From Eledone cirrhosa (taxonomy: Eukaryota): DNA of 64,000 nucleotides. A program made the translations under genes and the position numbers. Below are positions 1-16,759 of this stretch, one piece after another (the stretch's first letter is position 1; each line of letters begins with the position of its first letter). The notes beneath the pieces were generated by a model. That model was not told where the DNA came from. It saw only the letters and a list, made by a program, of their open reading frames with translations, and did no database searches. The stretch covers positions 18,290,001 through 18,354,000 of the forward strand of contig OZ024751.1 in assembly GCA_964016885.1 (NCBI GenBank). Reading direction: 5' to 3'.

Positions 1-1024
1 CATTTTAGCCTGAGGTGTTTTTAAAGTGATCGTCAGCAGGATGTTTCAAATTTGAATGCGGGTGAAATTTTATGTCAAGACTCTCTAATTGTTTCATATT
101 CTTGTTGTTGCTGTTGTTATTATGGTTGTTGTTGTTGTTGGTGGTGGTGGTGGTGGTGGTGCCCTTAATCAGCCCTGTTCGAGCAAATGTATGATCAAAG
201 GCGCTACAACTATCTTTTATTTTAGATCTTTGACCAATTTATCCCTTATTTCAAATTTAATCTATCCAGAACTACGTTATCAAATGTGTCCTTTCCTCTT
301 TTTTTATGATGATATTGAAGTATTTGATGTGAGGTATATTTGACTGCTATTTTTAGTTAGAGCCATCACATAAAACTCGCTCGTTGGCTCATTGTAGTTG
401 CCCAGGAAAAGAGAAAGGTTCAGCTTGGGTGAGATTTGATCTCAAAACCTACAAACGAAATATAACTAAACAACAGCGCAGTATATTTTGTATGTCGCTC
501 TACCGAATCTGCCAAGGGGCACTCCATTTGATTGGTCTTGTGCCAAGTAAGATGAGGGAATGAGTTCAAAGGACAGAAAAGTCAGAAATTATACTTTAAA
601 TGGAATTGAAGATTAAATGAATAAAATAAAAGCAAAACTAAAAGTAAAAGAAAGAAAAAAAACAACTGTGTCAAAGAATAAGGAAGGTTAAATAATGCTG
701 AGAGAATGAAGACAAAAAAAAATATACTGTGGAAAAAGACGTCAGATGGGGTGAAGGAAATGCTATAAAATGATTAAAGAATGAATGTGATGTAGAAAAA
801 AGTGGCAAAAAATATAATGTGACGAGCAAAATATATCGTAAAAAGGAAATTAGTAAATTAACATTCAGATGAAAAGCTGTGATGGTCATTGTCGCTGAAA
901 AAAGAAAGTGTTAATGAAATAGAACTCCCAGTGTCCGAAACATTACAATTCATATATGTTCATAGCAAAAGTACTGAGTATAGCAAATTTATTAAGAGAT
1001 TTGCGTTATTAAATGTTTGGTTTT

Positions 1025-1188
1025 ACGGCCCTTTACGTTGTGAGTTCAAATCCTGCCCAGGTTAGCCTTGCCTTTCATCCGTACGAGGTCGATAAAATAA
1101 AGTACCAGTAATGCACTAGTGTCAATTTAATCGTATTTCCCTCCCCCTTCAAATTTCTGGCTTTGTGCCTAAATTAGAAACAGTTATT
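1025..1188 (+). mobile_element. tRNA-derived SINE, family 1 (5'-truncated)
   Basis: B-box GAGTTCAAATCC, body GCCTTTCATCC...GTCGATAAAATAAAGTACCAGT and tail CTGGCTTTGTGCC...AGAAAC shared with many copies in the window. Confidence 0.8.
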
Positions 1189-1359
1189 AAATGTGTCTGA
1201 GCAGATTTGTTACTTAAGATTGAATTTTGACGAACTTTGAATAATATATTTAGAATATGACAGTCGATCAACTTTCGTCAAATCGGACCGAAGAAACAAT
1301 GTTTCCATTAGTCTCTCCAATTGCTAATACTATCTATCGGTCGTAACTCCAGAAGGAGC

Positions 1360-1477
1360 GACGTGAAATAAAGTGTATTGCCCAAGGACATAACGCATCG
1401 CCCTGTTCCAGGAATCTAACTCACAACCTCGTGTTTGTAAATCCAATTCTCTAATCACCCAGCTACATGCCTTCACA
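1360..1477 (-). mobile_element. tRNA-derived SINE, family 2 (head, degenerate)
   Basis: Reverse complement begins TGTGAAGGCATGTAGCTG..., similar to the head at 20689-20767; A/B-box-like motifs. Confidence 0.6.
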
Positions 1478-1484
1478 TTTAGCC

Positions 1485-1690
1485 TAGTCAGCGAAATGGT
1501 AGAGTCGTAAGAACGTCGGATTCATTTGCGGTATATAGTCGGCGAAATGGTAGAGTCGTAAGAACGTCGGATCCATTTGCGGTAGTCATTCCTGTTTTCT
1601 TCTCTCTGAGTTCAAATACCTCCGAGGACAAGTTAACCTTTCAGCATTTCCTGATCTATAGAAAAGTACCAGTTTAGTACTGGGGTTAAT
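1485..1690 (+). mobile_element. Diverged SINE with tandemly duplicated 5' head
   Basis: TAGTC(A/G)GCGAAATGGTAGAGTCGTAAGAACGTCGGAT occurs twice, then GAGTTCAAAT and AAGTACCAGT; this SINE plus its downstream flank is paralogous to 59920-60200. Confidence 0.65.
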
Positions 1691-1714
1691 TCTTCCACTA
1701 TATCTCTTTCTCAC

Positions 1715-1780
<66 letters not shown>

Positions 1781-1924
1781 TTTCCTTCGCTGTGTTCAGA
1801 CCGGGGGAGGGATGGGCTCCGCCAAGCTTAAAATGCCCAAGAAACGCCGTTTACCACTGCGGCACCCCTACGACTCAATTGGAAGTTACGGGACCATGAC
1901 ACACCATACCGTATAGGTTGGTGG

Positions 1925-2063
1925 GGTGGCTGAATTGGTAGAGCATCAAATAAAATATAACAAATTACGGAATTTTTTCGGGATCATTCCATTCTGAGTT
2001 CAAATTCCATAAGGGTCAACTTTAACTTTCATTCATCTGGAATAGATAAAATAAAGCAACAGT
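1925..2063 (+). mobile_element. Diverged SINE
   Basis: TGGCTGAATTGG A-box-like, GAGTTCAAATTCC B-box, GATAAAATAAAG body. Confidence 0.55.
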
Positions 2064-2389
2064 TTATATGGTTATTCAAATTCAAAGTTAATTTCCCGAG
2101 AATAGCTATCAATGATTAAACGTTTATGCAAATTACCCAAGCAGTATAATATGAGCTGAATCCTGATTTCTGTATGATGTACAGAGCGATAAGCTATCAA
2201 TCTCTCTGGAGAAGAGAAGGAAAATTAGGGAATTTGTTTTCTGATGAAATATGAAGTAGGGATGAAGCGAGGCAGAATATATATGAAAATAGGTTTACGT
2301 TAGTTCTCATTTTGCAGAGTATACAAATATTTCACTCAATACATAAATTTCAGATTATCGACTTTGCTATTACCCACATGATTGTTTCC

Positions 2390-4329
<1,940 letters not shown>

Positions 4330-4330
<1 letters not shown>

Positions 4331-4960
4331 ACATATTTATGACTGAAACGCATACATATACGCATATACACATACACACATATTTATGACTGAAGCGCAT
4401 ACATATACGCATATACACATACACACATATTTATGACTGATATGCATACATATACGCATATACACATACACACACTATCTATGACTGAAGCGCATACATA
4501 TACGCATATACATATACACACACTATCTATGACTGAAGCGCATACATATACATATATTCACATACACACACTATCTATGACTGAAGCGCATACATATATT
4601 CACATACACACACATATCTATGACTGAAGCGCATACATATGCGCATATACACATACATACACACACATGTATGACTGAAGCGCATACGTATAAGCATACA
4701 CACACTATCTATGACTGAAGCGCATACATATACGCATATACGCATACACACACATATATGACTGAAGCGCATACATATGCGCAGATACACATACATACAC
4801 ACATATGTATGACTGAAGCACATACGTATACGGATACACACACACTATCTATGACTGAAGCGCATACATATATGCATATACACACACATATCTATGACTG
4901 AAGCGCATACATAAACGCATATACGCACACAGATATATATGACTAAAGCGCATACATATA
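4330..4960. repeat. Minisatellite, ~40-48 bp unit with TATGACTGAAGCGCATACATA core
   Basis: About 13 tandem recurrences of ATGACTGAAGCGCATAC separated by CA/TA-rich spacers. Confidence 0.9.
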
Positions 4961-4968
4961 CACATGCA

Positions 4969-5006
<38 letters not shown>

Positions 5007-5400
5007 GAGACACACGTCGGCACACAAACAAACACATATATACACACACATACCACATACAACACAACATATTAACTAGTGCAATGGCGGTTAAGAAAGA
5101 CGATGTTAAGGTTTACGAAGACGAAGCCGACGACGACGACAGCGACAACGCGGTTCGAATGCGTAACGTTATTGGTGGTGGTGGTGGCGGCGGCTGAGTC
5201 TGTGTGATGATGGCTGACGTAGGCTGACGTAGGCTGCAATGGCGGCTGATGCTAAGATGGTGGCAGCGCTAGATAGCTCTGTGATGATTACAACGGCAGC
5301 TGACACTGTAAAGGTGGCGCAGTCGGCCTGGCTTGTATCCATTAGGTTGATTGCAAGCAGAAAATCCGTCGTACAAAAGAATTCTATAAAATGGAATTAC

Positions 5401-5506
5401 CAGGGAACCTTGAATATGGGTCACTACTATTTATTTTGATTAATGCCTTCCGAAATAATTGCTTCGACGTTTCAAACTGCTTCCTTACTCTGCAGATGAA
5501 CAGTTC
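5401..5506 (-). CDS. Candidate internal coding exon (ELFICRVRKQFETSKQLFRKALIKINSSDPYSRFP), product unknown
   Basis: Strong acceptor CTTTCTATTTCGTTTCTGCAG, donor GTAATT, 106 nt, only one frame open; no homology recognised. Confidence 0.3.
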
Positions 5507-6019
5507 CTGCAGAAACGAAATAGAAAGATGGAGAAAGCACCAACATTTTCATTCATCCTGCCTTTTTTGTCATTACCTGTCTCTCTCTCTCCCTCTCTCT
5601 CACTCGCTCCCTCTCTCTCACTCGCACTCGCTCCCTCTCTCTCTGTCTCACACGCTCCCTCTCTCTCTGTCTCACTCGCTCCCTCTCTCTCTCTATCTCT
5701 CTCTCACTAGCTCCCTCTCTCACTCTCGCTCTCTCTCTCACTCGCTCCCTCTCTCTCTCTCTCACTCGCTCCCTCTCTCTGTCTCTCTCTCTATCTCTCT
5801 CTCGCTCCTTCTCTCACTCTCTCTATCCCTCTCTCTCTCGCTCCCTCTCTCACTCTCTCCCTCTCTCTATCTCTCTCTCTCTTTCTTTCTCCTATTTTTC
5901 TATCTCTTTTTCTCTCTCTCTATATATATATATTATATATATATGGATAGGGAGAGAAAAAACAAGAGATTATAAATATATATATATATATATATATGGA
6001 AGGAGAGAGAACAGGGGAT

Positions 6020-6067
<48 letters not shown>

Positions 6068-6162
6068 AAGAGAGAGAGAGAGATTTTATTACTTACTTTA
6101 TGAACTGGTATACAAGTATAGTCATGGAGGTTATGGTAAAAGTTTAGTGGGGAACTAAAATT

Positions 6163-6213
<51 letters not shown>

Positions 6214-6214
<1 letters not shown>

Positions 6215-6347
6215 GAATTAGCCGTCGAAATGGCTTAAGCTCAGCCGTCGGGGTCCTACTCGTTCCTATTACCCACTCTACTACCCTAAGTATTGAGTAC
6301 TTTGGTGCGTTATGGTCCACCTGGTTCCTTACCACATTTCCTTCGTT
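6214..6347 (+). mobile_element. (TA)n-associated short element, family V (hammerhead-like 3' half plus tail)
   Basis: GAAA-(T/C)GGC...GCCG-TC-GGGG followed by CACTC...TTGAGTAC tail; about 9 related copies in the window. Confidence 0.7.
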
Positions 6348-6366
6348 GGGTCATATATATATATAT

Positions 6367-6420
6367 AATGATTTCTCCTGAATGAAACAGTTCTAGTCCT
6401 GTTTCATTCAGGAGAAATCA

Positions 6421-6422
<2 letters not shown>
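6367..6422. repeat. Short perfect inverted repeat in (TA)n
   Basis: ATGATTTCTCCTGAATGAAACAG-8 nt-CTGTTTCATTCAGGAGAAATCAT. Confidence 0.9.
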
Positions 6423-6486
<64 letters not shown>

Positions 6487-7126
6487 ATAGAGATAGGTGG
6501 ATAGATAACTAAATGGATATAAATATATTGTGTTTGTATGAAGGATTATACATACAATATGATATCATTGAACAGTTATCTTTGCATAACTTATCCGTCT
6601 TTCTATGTATGTATATAAAGAAATAGAGAGATGGATAGATGACAGATAGTTATAGAAGATATATGTGGTGTATTTTTTATGATATCAACATATAATTATT
6701 AAAGGATATATCACTCCAATCTGATACACCCACTCTTTCTTTTTATCTCAGTCTTCATCCATCACACACACATAGACACATACAAGCACGCAAATGCACA
6801 TACATACACAGACACATACACACACAGACATATATACATATATATATATATATATATATGTATATGTATATATATATATAAATATATATATATATGTGTG
6901 TATATATATATATATGTATTTATATATACATATATATGTATATATGTGTATATATATGCATATATGTGTGTGTATATATATATATGTGTGTGTGTCTATA
7001 TATATATATGTGTGTGTATATATATATATATGTATATATATATATGTGTGTATATGTATATATATATATGTATATATATATATGTGTGTATATGTATATA
7101 TATATATGTGTGTATATATATGTGTG

Positions 7127-7159
<33 letters not shown>

Positions 7160-7181
7160 GTGTGTGTGTATTTATATATAC

Positions 7182-7223
<42 letters not shown>

Positions 7224-7252
7224 ATATATATATGTCTGTGTGTATATATATG

Positions 7253-7287
<35 letters not shown>

Positions 7288-7694
7288 ATATATATGTCTG
7301 TGTGTGTATATATATATATATATATATGTAAATGAATATAAATATATGTGTGTCTGGACGTGTGTTATCTATCTACATATCCATGTATTATCTATGTATC
7401 CACGTATTATCAAATAGAAATATTGAATGGGGTATAACAGAGATACCAAAACATACTGACAATATTTCCATGTGATCTCGTCAGAAACCAGGACTGTCTA
7501 ATATTTCATACAGAGACATCAAACGATATTCACACATCAAGAAAAAACTGAAACAAACGTGGTAGCGTGGAGGGGTAGGTTTTAAGGAAAATAAAAACTA
7601 CATATATATTTTGTATACATGTATATAATTATGTATGAATATATGTATGCATGCTTCCGTGTATATGCCTATGTATATATATGTGTGTATATGC

Positions 7695-7751
<57 letters not shown>

Positions 7752-7799
7752 TACATAAATAAATACGCACATGTATGTATATATACATACACACACATA

Positions 7800-7942
<143 letters not shown>

Positions 7943-8440
7943 GTGTGTGTATGTATATATACATACATGTGCGTATTTATTTATGTATATATGTATGCAA
8001 GCATGTATGTATGCATGCGTTTATCTATGTGTATATGTATGGGCCTATGTGTGTATATATATATGTGTGTGTGTATATGCTTGCATATATATGTATGTAT
8101 ATCAACATAATTATATAGCGAGAATGGTTGGTCAAACTAGTACGTATATATAGATAAATAGACAGGTATATATGTATGGATATATGTATGTGTATATGTG
8201 CATATGCCTGCATATATGTGCATATATATGTATGTATATCAATACACTTATATAGCGAGAATGGTTGGTGAAACTGGGACCTATATATAGATAAATAGAC
8301 TGGTATATATGTAGGCAGGTGTATATATTTGTAGCTAGGAGGGTAGGTAAGTAGACATATGTACACATACCAGGAAACGTTTATAGATGTGCGTTAACAA
8401 AAAATTACACACACATACATATATACATACATATATACAT

Positions 8441-8501
<61 letters not shown>

Positions 8502-8603
8502 TGTCGTGGGTGCATATATACTCATGAATATATTTGTTATTTTGCGTATTACCATGAATAAAATATTTCTTTTATTGTTAATATAACATAATATAGAAAA
8601 CAC

Positions 8604-8714
<111 letters not shown>

Positions 8715-8865
8715 GTTGATATCGTTAATAAATGAATAAATAAAAAACAAAGTCAAATTTACAGAGTTATATTAGGTTCACACATACACACACAAACATA
8801 TATATATAAACATAAACACACACACACACAAACACATACACACACACACATATATATATATATAC

Positions 8866-9197
8866 AATATATTAATAAATGGAAACTATATTTATAAAAC
8901 CATAATTATTTTATTATATATACCCAGACTATCCAGCGAACTTTCAACCGTCAAGGTTGTTTTTCCACGGTTATGTCAATATTTATAAAACAAATCTTGT
9001 ATTTTATCTGATGAAAGCGCACCAAGACTGCCTTGGTTGCCCTTGAAATATATATAATAAAATAATTATGGTTTTATAAATATAGTTTCCATTTATTAAT
9101 ATATTGAATATTTACTCCAGTAAACTGTTGAGTGCTTTATATCTGTTATAAACTTTTAAGCTTGTTGGAATCCCAACAAATTAAATATAACTTCTGC

Positions 9198-9199
<2 letters not shown>
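8866..9199 (+). mobile_element. Foldback non-autonomous Penelope-like (pLTR-type) element, family A
   Basis: About 50 bp inverted arms (8866-8920 vs 9050-9106), internal hammerhead, ~90 nt tail, flanked by (TA)n; homologous to 30157-30613. Confidence 0.7.
9000..9064 (+). ncRNA. Type I hammerhead ribozyme (minimal, palindromic stem III)
   Basis: Stem I TATTTTAT/ATAAAATA; CTGATGA 9008-9014; stem II AAG..CCAAG/CTTGG..CTT; GAAA 9045-9048; AUA cleavage after 9056. Confidence 0.8.
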
Positions 9200-9247
<48 letters not shown>

Positions 9248-9782
9248 CCATGTACACATACATATATGCACTCATACACACATCACATAATACTATGCCA
9301 TCAAACGCAACGCAACACTCTAAATGTACAAATGTACATGTGAGTAGTAGGAGAGTGTATTACACGACTCTAATTGCTATGGAGTGTTCCCAGAGTTATC
9401 TCCCTAAAAGCTACATACCTACCAATGCTGTTTGGTGTCTTTTAAGAGATATGTTTTATTATTGGCCGTCGAAGAGGGAAAATTGGTTACATAGAAGTCC
9501 TTTTTGATTTCATTGCTTGCATGATGTTTATATGTATGCATGCTTAAGTGTGTATGTGTGGTGTGTATGTGCTGTGTGTGTGTTTGTGTCTATGTGGAGT
9601 GTGTAGGTGTATGTGTTGTCTGTGTTTGTCTGTGTGTGTGCGTGTGTGTGCGCGCGTGTGTGTGTCTAACGGAAGAGTGTTTAGAAGGGAAAGTATTTAC
9701 ATTTTTCCCATTCATACTCACAGTTTCATCAACCAGCCTATCAAATGCGCAATCATAGAAAATGACACACACGAACATCCAC

Positions 9783-9857
<75 letters not shown>

Positions 9858-10380
9858 TACGTATACACATAAATACATATACATATATATATGAGTCTGT
9901 GTATACCCGCATATTTGTATGTGTGTCTCAGTAAGTATCTGTGTGCATGTGTGCGTTTGTGTGTATGTGTTTGAGTGTTTCGCTGTTGCTGTTGTTGCTT
10001 AGTTCTAAGTTCGATATATGACTATGCTACCTTTATTTATTTAAGTAATCTAAGGCCTACACAGTGAATATTCCTCTCCAGTGCTCTTGCCTGGACCTGA
10101 TTCTTTATATTTTCTATGGAAGACGAAATGTGGCTCACTCAACAAAACCAACATCTCCAAACCACCGGTTTTATTAAAAGGAAAGGCAAGGGCCGAATAC
10201 AGAGTTTCCATATGTTGTCACAGTTTCTAAGTAAACAGAACAAATACAAACTCCGCAAGATATTTTTTCCAGGCTCTAATATTTTCGCCAATCTAAGGCC
10301 TGATATTTTATTATATCGATCCCATATCGATAAATACATAGTTGATCTTGGCATAGTTGACCCCAAAATGTGTAGGAGTC

Positions 10381-10603
10381 AATAATGGTTTCTTATATAT
10401 AGGCATAAGGCCAACAATTTTGGGGTAGGGGAAAGTCGACTAAATCAACCCCAGTGCGTGACTGTTACTTTATGTTATCGATGCCGTAAGGATGAAAGGC
10501 AAACTTAACCTCGGCGGGATTTGAACTCGGATCATAAATGACCGTAACTCTACGCTGCAAAGCATAGAGTCCGACCTTCTACCGATACTGACAATAGACC
10601 GCC
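10381..10603 (-). mobile_element. tRNA-derived SINE, family 1 (full length, long-tail type)
   Basis: Reverse complement has A-box, B-box GAGTTCAAATCC, body and tail of the family. Confidence 0.85.
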
Positions 10604-11211
10604 GTTAAGAGGGGTCAATAATAAACGGTATTTTATCTGACAATCTAACAATTTCTTCACCCTTTCGACATAGACTGGCACTTTATTATAGCGGGAACGT
10701 CTGTACATGAGGCAAACAGGCTCTCGCTGGTATTTGAACTTAGAGGAAGAAATACTGCAAAATAATATATCGGACATACTAACAATTCTGTCAATCTATA
10801 GCTGGAGTATTTTACGTGGAATATTTCTTGGATTTTCCGATGCTAGAAGTTATTTGTCTACATCTTCTTCTCTATGTCTAACAAATAGAACGAACACGTC
10901 TTTGGGCCATCTTGTTGTTATTATTGTTTGAGTTGCTCTTGCTGCTCCTGCTGTTGTTGTTGTTATTGTTGTTGTTGTTGTTGTTCTTCTTCTTCTTCTT
11001 GTTCTTGTTCTTCTTTTTCTTTTTCTTTTTCTTTTTCTTTTTCTTCTTCTTTTGCTTCCTCTTTTGCTGCTTCTTCTTCTTCTTTTGCCTCTTCTTCTTC
11101 TTCTTCTTCTTCTTCTTCTTCTTCTTCTTCTTCTTCTTCTTCGCCCACTTAATCGAATGTGTTCAACCTTTTATAAAAAGGTAAATGGCGTGACATATAT
11201 TATATACATAC

Positions 11212-11259
<48 letters not shown>

Positions 11260-11354
11260 GTGTCTGTGTACAATTTCCATGTTTGTCCAAAGAAATCTGA
11301 CATCCTTTATTTACTCCTACGCGCCAACCAAATTACCGGTCAGATCGATATCAG

Positions 11355-11550
<196 letters not shown>

Positions 11551-12138
11551 TACACAACAATACAAAAATATGACATAATAAATAAATATACAGGGAAATT
11601 AAACAAATAAACAAACATGTCACTTCGGTTATTGGTTATCGATCTGTGATCTTGAATAGTTTGTAATTACTACTATGTTCACTGCGTACACTTTGATTGA
11701 TTTGTCCATCGATCAGCCCTGACTCAATGAAGAAAAAAGGTTAAGAAAGAAAGGGAGGGAAGAAGAGTGAAAGGAAGGGAGGGTGAGAAAGAAAGAAATA
11801 ATAAGGGTGAAAAAACAGAAGGTAAGTGATAGAAAAATGAAATAAAAGAACGTCGTAAGAAAGATATGAGGAAGATATAGTGAAAGAAAGACAGATAAAA
11901 GAAAGAGAAAACGAAATGAAGGAATGAAATGAATGAACGAAATGAAAGAGGGAATGTATTAGACTAGGGAAAAGGCCATCTTCAACATGGACATCACCAC
12001 TACATCCCCACACACGCTTCATCACCTAATAAAATTGAAATAAGGTCAATGTGACAAATATTGTTTAATTTTGGTCAATCAGAGGTGGATTCTGAGTCAA
12101 TATCTTGTGCATATATAAACATATATATGTATATATAT

Positions 12139-12410
12139 ATATGAAAGACGTAAAATAAGAAAATTTTAAAATTAACTTACTTACTAAAATTTTCACTCCA
12201 ATTAAGTAGTTTCGGTAAGGGAATAAATATAGTTACGCAACGCAACTATAGAGAAATCCTTACGTCCTCAGGGAGTCTATTCTCAAACTAATTAGTTGGA
12301 GTGAAAATGTTAATAAGTAAGTTGATTTTAAAATTTTCTTATTTTACGTCTTTCATATAATTGTTCTGCATCCCCTTGCATAGAACCACAAAGGTACTAA
12401 GACATAACAT
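12139..12410. mobile_element. Foldback element, family C
   Basis: About 72 bp inverted arms 12139-12212 vs 12286-12358, unpaired 3' tail, (TA)n flanks. Confidence 0.65.
12195..12276 (-). ncRNA. Type I hammerhead ribozyme, degenerate
   Basis: Minus strand: ACTCC-CTGAGGA-(C)GTAAGG...CCTTAC(C)-GAAAC-TACTTAATT-GGAGT; the other arm keeps the palindromic AAACTAATTAGTT stem III. Confidence 0.6.
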
Positions 12411-12494
12411 ATATATTTGCTAGCATGAGTATACATCTGTATACATATGTTGGTAGATATACTAATTCTCTGTATATATATATATATATATATG

Positions 12495-12705
12495 AAGAAA
12501 TCGCCTGGATATTTATTCCGTTATGCCTCAAAAAAGCCTTTAAAGCCTAAAATATGCGGGTTTTCGCCTAATGCGGTTCCTAGGGCATTGGAAATTTGAA
12601 ATACACGGCCATAAGTATTACATGTGTAAAGTTTCTAAAAAATCCGATGGGTGGTTCGAGTTTTAGGGGGACAGACAGACAGACAGACATTCTCTGTTTT
12701 ATGAA
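12495..12705 (+). mobile_element. Non-autonomous Helitron/Helentron-like end (DINE-1/Lep1-like)
   Basis: CATGTGTAAAGTTTC...AAATCCGAT...GGTTCG then (GACA)n and a T-rich end, the typical layout of such elements (recalled, not searched). Confidence 0.5.
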
Positions 12706-12794
12706 TATATATATATATATATATTATATAAATATATATATATATACAATCTTTATCGAGCCTCCTTCGGATTTGGTCTTTGTATTTATTATTA

Positions 12795-12869
<75 letters not shown>

Positions 12870-12879
<10 letters not shown>

Positions 12880-13060
12880 CAGGAATAGGTAAACAGAAAT
12901 ACAACACAATCGGTACAATATATGGAAGGTATATATTATGTTAACGCTTGAAATAGCAGGAACGCTAGTCCTTCATCAGAAGAAAGAATGACAAATAAAA
13001 TAGATTGAAGGGAGGGGCGGGATGGAATTGGAAACAAATGTCTGTAGATAAAAAATAACA
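12870..13060 (-). mobile_element. Family D element, internally deleted copy of 30855-31035
   Basis: Reverse complement aligns with 30855-31035; CTGATGA retained, GAAA half deleted. Confidence 0.7.
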
Positions 13061-13249
13061 GGTCCATTCATGTTGACATCTCTTATATATATGCACACAC
13101 ACATATGCACACACACACACATATACGTTTGTGTTAACGTACGTGAACCAGTATAGTAAAACGATCGCCAATTATTCACATCTTAACATACTTCTTAATT
13201 GATGAATATGTGTGTCTGCACACACACACAGACAGACACACGCACACAC

Positions 13250-14775
<1,526 letters not shown>

Positions 14776-14782
14776 GGCATAC

Positions 14783-14942
14783 CATGCCTGCTACGTACAC
14801 CCATTCATATGTTAGGCAATGCAAACGAAACAATTTTCGTATGTGTCCTATACTGCATCCTTCCTGGCATCCGGTATTTCTTTTCAAGTTTCCTGTCTTT
14901 GTTGCTAGATTTGTGAGAATGAAGGAAACGGCACGGAACTCG
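14783..14942 (-). CDS. Candidate internal coding exon ([18 protein letters not shown]...EWVYVAGM), product unknown
   Basis: TTCCCAG acceptor after (TA)n, GTATGC donor, 160 nt open frame, phase-compatible with the 19739 donor and the 5506 acceptor. Confidence 0.25.
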
Positions 14943-14946
14943 CTGG

Positions 14947-15001
<55 letters not shown>

Positions 15002-16614
15002 GACGTTTGTTTATGGAGTTATGTTGGTAGATTAATAAGTTATATGCGTGGGGTTGACAAAATCTATAATACATACATGTATATATATATATACATATGG
15101 CCTCAGCCGGATGGCTGGAACAGGTAAAAGATATATATATAAAGAGAGAGATGAGAAAGATACAGATATAAAGCATCATATAAATATACAAACTGGATCG
15201 AATGAAGAGAAAGGTAAATTAAGACGAAATATTATGGTAAATATTATATTTAAAAATACCCGGAAAGAAGCAAAATAATAAACAGTTGTAGTGAACAATA
15301 TAAGACAGTAAAACAATTGATGTAAAACGAAATTACGGAACTAACAAGTCAGAATCAAAGTTAACAATAAAAACACATACAAAATGAGACACACACATAT
15401 ATACACATGTATACACACGCACAAACACGCAAACATGTAAGCAAGACAACAAATTGAATAATGAAATCAAACAAAAATAATTTAACAACACTGATGAATG
15501 AAATATAGAGAAACACGTGGAAATACAGCATAAAACAACAACAACATCAAATCTAATGATAGCAACAACAAAAACACCCCCAACAGCAGTAACAAAAACA
15601 ACAGCGGTAACAAAAACAACACCAACAACAAAAACAACAACAGCAGTAACATAACAACAGCAACATAAACAACAACAGCAATAACACAACAACAACAACA
15701 GCAGCAACATATAAACAAATAAGAAGCAAAATTAATCTACACTCTGACGATATAATTAAAGACAAAATATAAGAACACATTTCTTCGCCTGAAAATTTCT
15801 CAGGAAAGCTCCACAAAAATGATGTGGTATGCAAAATGATAATATATCATTTTATATAATGTTATATTATCTTATAGAAAAATATAAATTTCTTTCAAAT
15901 CGCTGAATTTACTGTAATTTAGAATTAAGACAAAGAAGTTACATTACATCGCGTGAAAATAATATCCTGTGTAAATTGTGTATTGTATTCGTCCATTAGG
16001 CAAAGCGCGGGAAACGTCTTCAAAAGAATCTCGTTTCGTTTCTATGATCGCTTTTCACACACAAACACCATGTACGCACACACTTAATACACACAAACAC
16101 TAGATACACACACATACACCATATATAAACACACACACACTAGATACTCACATATACACCATATATAAACATACACACACACCACATACACACAAACACC
16201 ATGTACACACACACACTTAATACACACAAACACCATATACAGCCATACATATACACCATATATAAACACACACACACCACATACACACAAACACTATGTA
16301 TACACACCACAAACACACACACTAGATACACACAAAAACATCACACACATACACATCAGATACACACACAGCCACATCACTCACACATCACATACCCACA
16401 CACCAGATATACACACATCATATACTCAAACACACATACATCATATACGCAGACACACACGCCACATGCACACATACACACATACCTATACCATATATGA
16501 CATGCAAACATACGCCTCACACGGGCACACACATCCCATCCACACATACACTACACACACATATCCAATACACATCACACACACACAAAGACAAATCTTA
16601 CTATAATTTATAAT

Positions 16615-16673
<59 letters not shown>

Positions 16674-16759
16674 CTTTATCCTTGCTTGTGTTGGAATGTT
16701 CTGGTGAGTTTTCATTTACGAAATACTTAGTGTTTTTAGAAATCCACCATCATTAACAC

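Noticed and set aside
2235-2260. CTGATGA as a hammerhead core (also CTGACGA on minus at ~7487)
   Set aside because: No supporting stems or properly placed GAAA/UH.
6144-6335. Recurrent peptide [23 protein letters not shown] as a small protein family
   Set aside because: It is the antisense translation of the family V repeat; starts and stops vary between copies.
10140-10880. Minus-strand exon-like segments at ~10140-10227 and ~10818-10877
   Set aside because: Acceptor-like sites exist, but stops occur in all frames or donors are weak; not supportable as CDS.
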